Below are positions 56,434-64,000 of a DNA stretch of 64,000 bases, in pieces. Source of the DNA: Myxococcota bacterium (GTDB taxonomy: Bacteria > Myxococcota_A > UBA796 > GCA-2862545). Position numbers and translations under genes: made by a program. The notes beneath the pieces were generated by a model. It was not told the origin of the DNA, searched no databases, and was given only the letters and a program-made list of their open reading frames with translations. The stretch's first letter is position 1, and every line of letters starts with the position of its first letter. The stretch covers positions 23,080-87,079 of the forward strand of contig JBCCQY010000017.1 of NCBI GenBank assembly GCA_039208735.1. The letters are read 5' to 3'.

Positions 56434-57156
56434 GTGGGGATCTTCGACATCTTCCTTTCCGAAGAGCAGCGCATTGCCAAGGAGCAACGCACGCTCACGA
56501 ACCGCGACAGCCAGCCCGAAGACCGGGAGAACTCGGCTCGATGGCTCGCCGAGCGCGACAAGCCGAAGGCCTGGGTGGCTCTGCTCACTCGGTTCGACAT
56601 GAAGTTGGAAAACCAGCTCAAGGATCGAAACGAGAAGGACCTGGTCTACTCACTCCTCACGCAAGCGGGAGCCGAGGCGCTGGCGCGACCGCTCGAACGG
56701 CACCTCAAGAAGTGTCGGCAAGTGGCCACCCCGCTGCGTCTCCACCAGGAGCTGATGGGCCTCGACGCGACCATCGCCAAGGCCTACGAGATCCTGGACA
56801 TCGAGCGTGAGAAGGACGACTTCAAGCCACAGAAGAAGGTGGACATCCTCGTCTGGCTCGTCGATTACCCACGACCCGAGCACGTCGAACAGACCGCCCC
56901 ATTGCTCGAGGACTTCGACGAAAACGTTCGTTGTGCGGTCATCGAGGTGCTCGTCTCCACACAGGAGGACGCCGCTCGACCCTTGCTTGAGAAGGCCATG
57001 GTGAAGCCCGACGAGGAGTCGAACCGACTTCGAGTTCGGGTAGCCCAGATCTTTCAGCAACGCGGTTGGACGGTGGACGAGCCTGAGGCGTTCGGCAACG
57101 TCCTGCCTGATGGGTACACGGTAAACCCCAGCTCAAAGCGCGTCACCGCCTCGTAG
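56434..57156 (+). CDS. HEAT-repeat protein
   Basis: GGAGG RBS; LLEDFDENVR..IEVL repeat. Confidence 0.78.
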   Translation: MGIFDIFLSEEQRIAKEQRTLTNRDSQPEDRENSARWLAERDKPKAWVALLTRFDMKLENQLKDRNEKDLVYSLLTQAGAEALARPLERHLKKCRQVATPLRLHQELMGLDATIAKAYEILDIEREKDDFKPQKKVDILVWLVDYPRPEHVEQTAPLLEDFDENVRCAVIEVLVSTQEDAARPLLEKAMVKPDEESNRLRVRVAQIFQQRGWTVDEPEAFGNVLPDGYTVNPSSKRVTAS

Positions 57157-57168
57157 GCGGCCACCCCA

Positions 57169-58581
57169 TTGAGCTTCGTCCAGCCTGCCTTTCCGGTCTT
57201 CTTGGCCATCGTCTTTGGCGGGTACTGGGCCCTACGCCACGTGCGGGCTCAAAACCTCTGGCTGGTGGTGGCAAGCGCGGTGTTCTACGGCTGGGTCCAT
57301 CCGTGGTTCCTGCTGTTGATGGGTGGATCGGCCATTCTGGATTTCACCCTCGGCCTTTGGCTCCGACAGCGGCCTGAATGGTCACGCGTCGCCGTGGCCA
57401 TCTCCGTCGCCGCGAACCTCTCGCTGCTTGCGTACTTCAAGTATGCGGGGTTTTTTGCGGCGAACATGACCGCCGCCCTCCACGCGTTGGGCGTTCCTGT
57501 CGACCTCGATGTGGTTCAACTCGTGCTGCCAGTTGGCATCAGTTTCTACACCTTCCAAACCATGGGCTACACGATCGACGTCGCGCGGGGCGAGCTCGAG
57601 CCGCGAACTCGGTTTGTCGACTATCTGCTGTACGTCAGCTTTTTCGCCCAACTCGTGGCTGGCCCCATCGAACGTGCCGGCCGACTGTTGCCGCAGATCG
57701 AAGCCCCCCGGACCTGGTCTGTCGATCGAGTCCGCGAAGGGCTTGCACTCGCCCTTTGGGGAGGCTTCAAGAAGCTGGTCGTCGCGAACTCACTCGCGCC
57801 CTACGTCGACAAGGTCTTCGTGCTCGAGGACCCCGCCCCCGTCCTTGTATGGGCCGCCTCGTTTGCCTTCATGATCCAGATCTACGCGGACTTCTCTGGC
57901 TACACCGACATCGCTCGAGGGTCCGCGCGGCTGCTGGGGTTCGATCTCTCGCTCAACTTTCGAGAGCCATTTCTTGCACGAACCACCATCGAATTCTGGC
58001 AGCGCTGGCACATGTCGCTTTCCACGTGGCTCCGGGATTACCTGCTTGGCCCTTTGGTTGGCGACGACGGCGCAGGACGGCTTCGATTCGCCGCAGCGAC
58101 CTTGGCCACGTTCGTGCTCATCGGGTTCTGGCACGGTCCTTCGTGGAACTTCGTCCTGTTTGGGCTGTTTCACGGGACGTTGGTGATCGCCTATGGGCTG
58201 GTGGCACGACGCCTGCCTCCCCGAGGCGACCGTCCGTGGGTCGATGCTGGACTCATTCTGTTCCATCTGGGCTTCGTTGGCCTAGTTGGGTCGCTGCTGT
58301 TTCGCGAGACGCGAATCGAGAGGCTGCTCAACGTCTTTTCATCCTGGCCCTGGATGGGGAACGCCGATGATGTGATTGCGGCCACGGTTATCGTCGCGGT
58401 GACGGGGGTAGCATGTGTGCCTCTGATCGCGCAGTGGCTCGTGGTGACCCGTTTGGTGCCACGCATCGAAGCCTCGCCGTGGCTCTTGCCGATCCAGACC
58501 ACGACCTGGGCGGCGCTGATCGCGGCCATGTTCCTGTTCTACCGCACCACCCTGCAAGACTTCGTGTATTTCCAGTTCTGA
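57169..58581 (+). CDS. MBOAT O-acyltransferase (AlgI/DltB-like)
   Basis: LPVGISFYTFQ, LVAGPIER, DFSGYTD, FWQRWHMSLSTWLRDY, GFWHG. Confidence 0.94.
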   Translation: MSFVQPAFPVFLAIVFGGYWALRHVRAQNLWLVVASAVFYGWVHPWFLLLMGGSAILDFTLGLWLRQRPEWSRVAVAISVAANLSLLAYFKYAGFFAANMTAALHALGVPVDLDVVQLVLPVGISFYTFQTMGYTIDVARGELEPRTRFVDYLLYVSFFAQLVAGPIERAGRLLPQIEAPRTWSVDRVREGLALALWGGFKKLVVANSLAPYVDKVFVLEDPAPVLVWAASFAFMIQIYADFSGYTDIARGSARLLGFDLSLNFREPFLARTTIEFWQRWHMSLSTWLRDYLLGPLVGDDGAGRLRFAAATLATFVLIGFWHGPSWNFVLFGLFHGTLVIAYGLVARRLPPRGDRPWVDAGLILFHLGFVGLVGSLLFRETRIERLLNVFSSWPWMGNADDVIAATVIVAVTGVACVPLIAQWLVVTRLVPRIEASPWLLPIQTTTWAALIAAMFLFYRTTLQDFVYFQF

Positions 58582-58602
58582 GGCTCTCACACGACTGAAG
58601 GA

Positions 58603-60069
58603 TCAGCCTGGGCCCGCGGCTTCGACATAGTTCTTGACCGTACGCCAGTCGATGCCCAGAACCTCCGCGGCGGATTTGTAGGTGCCCTGCAGTTCCCAGA
58701 CGTGCCGACAGTACTGATACGCCACCTCGGCAAGCGACATCGTGCCCTGCTCGAGCGCAACGAAACGACCCGCCGGTGCCGGCAGGCGCACATTGGCATC
58801 GGGCGGGGCGCATCGACCCTCGATGAGGACGGTCTGAACGCACTGCTCGAGTTCGAGGAGGTTGCCTGGCCAAGGCCAATCGTTGCCTCGCCCCTTGATG
58901 ATCTCGTCGTGGACTTCCTGGGACACCTCGTCGAGGTACAACTCGGGGATAGTGCCGATGAGCGCATGACGCACCAGCAGATGAAGTTCGCGCTTGTTGT
59001 CGTCCAGCCGCTGCCGCAGCGTGGGCACCACCACGTTGTCGCCCCGCATGCGAAGGAACAGTTCGCGATCGAACGCTCCCGATGCGACTTCCGCCGCTAA
59101 ATCAGCGTCGGACAGCACCACGATTCGCCCATCAAACGCCGCTGGCGGACCCCCATCGGCCGGTCGAAACGTCCTGGTCTCAATGACCCGGGACAACTCC
59201 GCCTGCTGCGCCGCCGACAACGCCGTAATGCCATCGAGGACGACCACACCTCCAACCCCGCTGGCGGCAGCGAACGCGCCCGAGTCGGTCTTGCGCAACC
59301 CGTAGAGCGCCTCGTCAAGTTCGGCAGCCGATCGCGCATGCAACGGGACGTAGCGCGTGATGGGGCCAGGCACGAAACGACGAATCTCGGGGTCGAACGG
59401 AAGATAGCCACTGACGGCGAGCGCTTCGGCGATCCGACGGCCCTCGCTCCCCACCGCAGCCGCGACAAGGGTTGGAACCGACTCCACTGAACGGTAAAGG
59501 AAGCGACGATGCCGAAGCGCATCAAAGGTGAACACCGACTGCCACATCGCAGCCCGGAGCCGTCGAATCGGCACCGAATCGCCACGGGTTGAGCCGGCGA
59601 GCGCCTCCTCCGCGCGCACGATCTGATCTGCGCAGGCGAACAAGTGAGGAGCCGTTTCGATCTCGGGCATCGGCGGCCCACAGACCCTGAAGTAGCCTTC
59701 GAAATCCTTTACAAAGTCCTCGTAGAAGGCCACGGGCGGTGGAGGCTCATTGCTGGCCGCGAGGCGAGCTTCGTGCGAGGCAATAAACGCTTCTCGGTAG
59801 CGCTCGCGCAACGCATAAAAGACGATGCCTGCGTACCATTCGCGCTCGCGAGGGGTTGCGGCCTGCCGAGAGAGGATCTGCCGAAGGTAGCCCGCCAACT
59901 CGTCGGCCACCTCACCGAGCGCGGTCTGGACATCCTCGGTCTCCTCCTCCTCCCCTCCGAGGGCCTCACGCTCCCACTGGGCGCGGGCGTCGGCAAAGGG
60001 GTTGATGCGCCCCAACTGGAAGATCGCCTCGGCGAGGCGCTGAATCTGCGGTTCGAGATTGCTAGACAT
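58603..60069 (-). CDS. Sigma54-activator-like protein with degenerate AAA+ motifs and Fis-type HTH
   Basis: WPGNLLELEQCV and AAEVLGIDWRTV retained; Walker A, Walker B and GAFTGA altered. Confidence 0.8.
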   Translation of the reverse strand: MSSNLEPQIQRLAEAIFQLGRINPFADARAQWEREALGGEEEETEDVQTALGEVADELAGYLRQILSRQAATPREREWYAGIVFYALRERYREAFIASHEARLAASNEPPPPVAFYEDFVKDFEGYFRVCGPPMPEIETAPHLFACADQIVRAEEALAGSTRGDSVPIRRLRAAMWQSVFTFDALRHRRFLYRSVESVPTLVAAAVGSEGRRIAEALAVSGYLPFDPEIRRFVPGPITRYVPLHARSAAELDEALYGLRKTDSGAFAAASGVGGVVVLDGITALSAAQQAELSRVIETRTFRPADGGPPAAFDGRIVVLSDADLAAEVASGAFDRELFLRMRGDNVVVPTLRQRLDDNKRELHLLVRHALIGTIPELYLDEVSQEVHDEIIKGRGNDWPWPGNLLELEQCVQTVLIEGRCAPPDANVRLPAPAGRFVALEQGTMSLAEVAYQYCRHVWELQGTYKSAAEVLGIDWRTVKNYVEAAGPG

Positions 60070-60212
60070 GCCAGCATTGTAGTTCAACCGACGGTCTATG
60101 TTGGTCCGCCTCGTGAGCAGGTAACGAAGGGGCCCCGGGCGGGTTGCCCGCACGTCGGATTGCGGCATACCCCTGGGTTCGGAGGCGATCCTTGCACGAC
60201 CGGCCGGTGCCG

Positions 60213-62807
60213 ATGATTTCCCTGGCCGACCTCACCCCTGCCGACGCGCTCAAGGTCGGTGGCAAGGCCTTTGCCCTGTCGAGGCTGGTCCACACAGGCT
60301 TCCCGGTTCCCCCTGGTGCCGTCATTCCCACCCAGGTCTTCCAGGCCGCCCTTCGAGAGGCAGGCTTATGGGAAACCAGTCAACGGGCGATCCACGATCC
60401 CGAAGCTGGAACGGCCCTGCACGAAGCCATCCAGACCATGCCCATTGCAGAGGCGGTGTGCGACGCCTGGATTACCCAGGCTCGTACGCTGGGACCCCGG
60501 GTTGCGGTTCGGTCCTCTGCGATCGGAGAAGACGGCGTCAGCAAATCGTTCGCTGGGCAACTCACCACGTCGCTATCGGTGCCGCCCGAAGAGGTGATCG
60601 ACGCGGTCCGCACCTGCTGGGCGAGCCTCTATTCGTCCCGAGCCTTGGCGTACCGGGGCGCCGTAGGACCACAGCCTGGATCAATGGCGGTTCTCATCCA
60701 ACAGATGGTCGAGCCAGAGTCGTCAGGTGTGTTGTTCACCATCAACCCGCTGAATGGATCCTGGCGGGAGATGATTGTGGAGGCCGTGTGGGGGCTTGGC
60801 GAAGGCTTGGTCAGCGGCCAACTCGCTCCACACTGGTTCCTGGTCCGACGCCCGCGGCAGTGGCCTGGGTGGCTCCGTCGGTTTGCCGAACGCGTTCGAG
60901 TTCGGGTGGTGGATGAGGATTTACCGCCACTGCACGAACGGGTTGTTGGTGCACTTGGCGGCTCTACAATTCGCGAACCAACTCCAGCCTCACTAATTCA
61001 CCAGCGCACACTTCATCGAACGCAAGTCGTTCGTCTGTGTCGAATGGGGCTTCGTCTGGAAGCCGCCTTAGGCGAGCCGCAAGACATCGAATGGGCTCGT
61101 ACCAAAGACGGCCGATTCTTCGTGCTTCAGGCTCGCCCGATCACCGCCACCGGATCTCCTCGCAACGAAAATGTTCTTTGGACCAGGCGGTTCATCGGAG
61201 AGCGTTGGCCAGAACCCGCCACGCCACTCGCATGGTCGATTCTCGCTCCCATTTTCAGTTGGTTCATCGGGTTTGACGAGACCCAACAGCGCCATCTCGG
61301 AGGCGGTCCACCTCTGAAACTGATCCAGGGCCGGCCCTATCTCAATACCACCGTGTTTCGACACCTGGCCTTCAAGTTGCCGGGAACCCCCACTCCCCGC
61401 TTCATGATGGAGTTGATTCCACCCGAAGAAGAGCGTGCGTGGCAACGACGATTTGCCGTTCCACCGGACCTGTCGGTCTACGCATCCATTCTGCGACAGG
61501 TGGTGAACGAGGAACGCTGGCGTCGGTTCGAATTCAACCCGCTTACCAACCCCGATCGCTGGCAAGCCTTCGTCGACCGATTGGCTGTGGCGCTGCCATC
61601 ACTCCAACCCGAAAGCCACGACCCCGAGGCGCTCGTCGCGCTTGTGGAACGGCAGCAGGACTGGATTCGTGAGTACATCGGGATCCACATCTGCAGCCTG
61701 CTGTTCGCCAACATCTTCTGGCAGCTGTTGGAAGGCGCGCTCGCATCGACGTTGCCCAACCACCCGCAACTCATGCAACGCCTTGCCGTTTCGCCGGCTG
61801 GGAACCTCACCACGAGCACCAACCAAGCGTTGTACGATCTGGCTCAACACGCCACAGCGACCGATCTCGAGGCGCTCGCTGACAATGCGCCGAATGCGAT
61901 GGGTGACACGTTTCGAGATGCGCTCGGCGAATTCCTTCGAAGGTTTGGACACCGTGCGGAGGCCTCGTGGGAGTTGATGACCCCCCGCTGGTCCACCGAA
62001 CCTTCTCGATTGGCACCGCTCCTTCAAGCCCTTCGAAAGGCACAGGGTTCATCTCCTCGAGAGCGCACAGCCGAACACGAACTTCGGTTCAACGACGCGC
62101 AGAAGATCGTGCAGACCGAACTTCGGGGCTGGCAGCGCCAATGGGTGGAGTTCGTCATCGAGCGAACGCGAACCTACCTTATTCTCCGTGAGAACCAGCG
62201 ATTTTGGTTTGACCACCTGCTTTCCGCGGTCCAGGTGGCGCTGCGCTCGTTGGGCCAGACATTGGTTGAACGGAAGCACCTCGAGACCGCGAGCGATGTC
62301 ACCATGTTGAGGTGGAGCGAACTGCGCAGTCTTGCCCTGAACGAGCCCTTTGAGGAGTCCGTGCGCGACCTCGTTCAACAACGCGCCGCCGAGCAAGAGC
62401 GCTTCGCAAGCCTTGATCCACCGACATTTCTGGTCGGTGATGAAGAGCCTCCAACCGACAGCACGCCTACCCAGCGCCTGCAAGGCCTGGGAATCTCGGC
62501 TGGGCGAGTCCGGGGACCGGTGCGGGTGGTCCATAGTGTGGCGGATGGGCATCGAATCCAACCAGGCGACATCCTCGTCACCCGAGCCGTCGATCCCGGC
62601 TGGACTTCACTCTTTCAACAGGTGGCAGGGGTTGTATTGGAACTTGGAAGCGTGCTCTCGCACGGAGCGGTCCTGGCCCGAGAGTACGGGATTCCCGCAG
62701 TCGTGAACATCGATGGTGCGACCACTCGGCTTCACGATGGCGAATGGATCACGGTGGATGGTCAACGCGGCGTCCTATGGGTTCATGAGCCGGAAGCACG
62801 TCCATGA
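60213..62807 (+). CDS. PEP-utilising kinase with rifampin-phosphotransferase-like architecture
   Basis: VGGKA, AVRSSA..ED..SFAG, GLGEGLVSG, DIEW, LQARPIT; central helical domain; SHGAVLAREYGIPAV swivel His domain. Confidence 0.88.
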   Translation: MISLADLTPADALKVGGKAFALSRLVHTGFPVPPGAVIPTQVFQAALREAGLWETSQRAIHDPEAGTALHEAIQTMPIAEAVCDAWITQARTLGPRVAVRSSAIGEDGVSKSFAGQLTTSLSVPPEEVIDAVRTCWASLYSSRALAYRGAVGPQPGSMAVLIQQMVEPESSGVLFTINPLNGSWREMIVEAVWGLGEGLVSGQLAPHWFLVRRPRQWPGWLRRFAERVRVRVVDEDLPPLHERVVGALGGSTIREPTPASLIHQRTLHRTQVVRLCRMGLRLEAALGEPQDIEWARTKDGRFFVLQARPITATGSPRNENVLWTRRFIGERWPEPATPLAWSILAPIFSWFIGFDETQQRHLGGGPPLKLIQGRPYLNTTVFRHLAFKLPGTPTPRFMMELIPPEEERAWQRRFAVPPDLSVYASILRQVVNEERWRRFEFNPLTNPDRWQAFVDRLAVALPSLQPESHDPEALVALVERQQDWIREYIGIHICSLLFANIFWQLLEGALASTLPNHPQLMQRLAVSPAGNLTTSTNQALYDLAQHATATDLEALADNAPNAMGDTFRDALGEFLRRFGHRAEASWELMTPRWSTEPSRLAPLLQALRKAQGSSPRERTAEHELRFNDAQKIVQTELRGWQRQWVEFVIERTRTYLILRENQRFWFDHLLSAVQVALRSLGQTLVERKHLETASDVTMLRWSELRSLALNEPFEESVRDLVQQRAAEQERFASLDPPTFLVGDEEPPTDSTPTQRLQGLGISAGRVRGPVRVVHSVADGHRIQPGDILVTRAVDPGWTSLFQQVAGVVLELGSVLSHGAVLAREYGIPAVVNIDGATTRLHDGEWITVDGQRGVLWVHEPEARP

Positions 62808-63643
62808 AGCCCTGGGCGAGAACCACGCTGTCGCTCGCCGGAGTCGGACTCGCTGCGTACACCGGCTACGGGGGGGTGCTCTGGTGGTACCAGGACTCGC
62901 TGATCTTCCCCGTGCCAGGGGGAATTGATCGCCAGTCCCTGGACTTTGGGGCGCACGAAGTGGGTGCTCAAACCCTGGATCTGGAAGCGGCTGACGGCAC
63001 TGCGTTGTACGGATGGCACTATCGAGGACGTGGGGAGCGGCTCGTTATCTACCTTCCGGGAAACGGGGAAAGCGTCGCCGGCAACATTCCTCTTCACCGC
63101 CTGCTGCAGAATCACAATTGGGATGTCGTCACGTTGGCGTACCGGGGCTACCCCGGCTCTGAAGGCGCCCCAAGCGAAGAAGGGCTGGTAATGGATGCAA
63201 CTGCCCTTTGGGAGTGGGCGTCACGAGAGTATCCGCCTTCATCCATCGTACTGCACGGACGGTCTCTCGGAGGTGGGGTTGCAACGCATCTGGCGGAGCA
63301 TGCCAACCCTTCTGCGCTAGTGCTGGAGTCCTCCTTTCGCTCGATGCGAGCGGTGGCCGGTCGATGGGCCCCGATTCATCCTGTGGACTGGTTGCTTCGT
63401 CATCCCTTCGACACTGAGACACGTGCTCCAGTTGTGGGCGTGCCCACCCTCATCGTCCATTCCAGCACGGATCGGCTCATCCCACCCGCAGTTTCTGCCT
63501 ATGAAATCCGGGATGCGTTCGCCGAGTCCGAGTCTTTGCTGGTGGCAGGCTGGAGTCACGCCGAATGCCTGCCTGTCGTGGATGATCAGGTTCAGCGGCT
63601 CTATCTCGAGTTTCTAGACCGAGCCGTTCCTCTCGACGACTGA
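62804..63643 (+). CDS. Alpha/beta hydrolase (ABHD13/Bem46-like)
   Basis: YRGYPGSEG.PSE.GL, GRSLGG, D and H of the catalytic triad. Confidence 0.9.
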   Translation: MKPWARTTLSLAGVGLAAYTGYGGVLWWYQDSLIFPVPGGIDRQSLDFGAHEVGAQTLDLEAADGTALYGWHYRGRGERLVIYLPGNGESVAGNIPLHRLLQNHNWDVVTLAYRGYPGSEGAPSEEGLVMDATALWEWASREYPPSSIVLHGRSLGGGVATHLAEHANPSALVLESSFRSMRAVAGRWAPIHPVDWLLRHPFDTETRAPVVGVPTLIVHSSTDRLIPPAVSAYEIRDAFAESESLLVAGWSHAECLPVVDDQVQRLYLEFLDRAVPLDD

Positions 63644-64000
63644 CGAGCGCCGTCCTTCCGGTCTAGTCGAAGAGGTTGGATCGACTCTTGCAGTGCGGCC
63701 AGCGTTGCGCCCCCGCATCGCACTTCGGGGAAAAGGGAAGGGAAACCTGACTCCTTGCGCCCCGACTTCATGGTTCACCAGGTTTCAACTCGATCCTGCG
63801 TGCCGAACACTAGTCATGCAAACACTGCAGATCCATGACCGCCTGAGATCCGAACTTTCAAACTTCGTGCATGTGCTTTTCATGGGACTGATGTTCCCCG
63901 TGGAACACTTTCTCAAGAGAGTCGATCGCAAGTCTTTCGTATCAATTACGTAGTTTAAACCGATATTTTTATGTATACAATATTGTTGCATTTTTAACAA

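Noticed and set aside
1..64000. CRISPR array, REP repeats, IS elements, rRNA
   Set aside because: No regularly spaced repeats, terminal inverted repeats or transposase/cas motifs found on reading the intergenic gaps

Overview
GC-rich bacterial chromosomal segment with the gene repertoire of a Myxococcota-like organism: eukaryote-like Ser/Thr kinases, an FHA protein, an MxcI-like lipoprotein, a TonB-C-fused TonB-dependent receptor and a C-factor-like SDR. It holds about 60 tightly packed CDSs and one tRNA-Leu(CAG). I found no CRISPR array, rRNA, integrase or transposase. Recognisable genes include murI, uvrC, boxR/boxB, ETF-QO, a 3-hydroxyacyl-CoA dehydrogenase, a thiolase, modB/modC, a COG0523 GTPase, an MBOAT and a rifampin-phosphotransferase-like kinase. 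The main candidates for a second look are: (1) an ECF sigma/FecR-like operon with two paralogous small beta-barrel-like proteins in place of a TonB-dependent transducer; (2) an operon of a Cys-rich lipoprotein, an ATP-grasp ligase and an FHA protein carrying an unrecognised 40-aa repeat; (3) recurrent ultra-short signal peptides with no charged n-region; (4) catalytically degenerate ModC and sigma54-activator homologues; (5) LytTR-type repeats plus a Fur-like box upstream of the MxcI-like gene; (6) boxR-boxB without the rest of the box pathway nearby; (7) an unannotated SnoaL/NTF2 gene remnant next to a defensin-like secreted protein. All assignments come from reading motifs by eye; no database searches were run.
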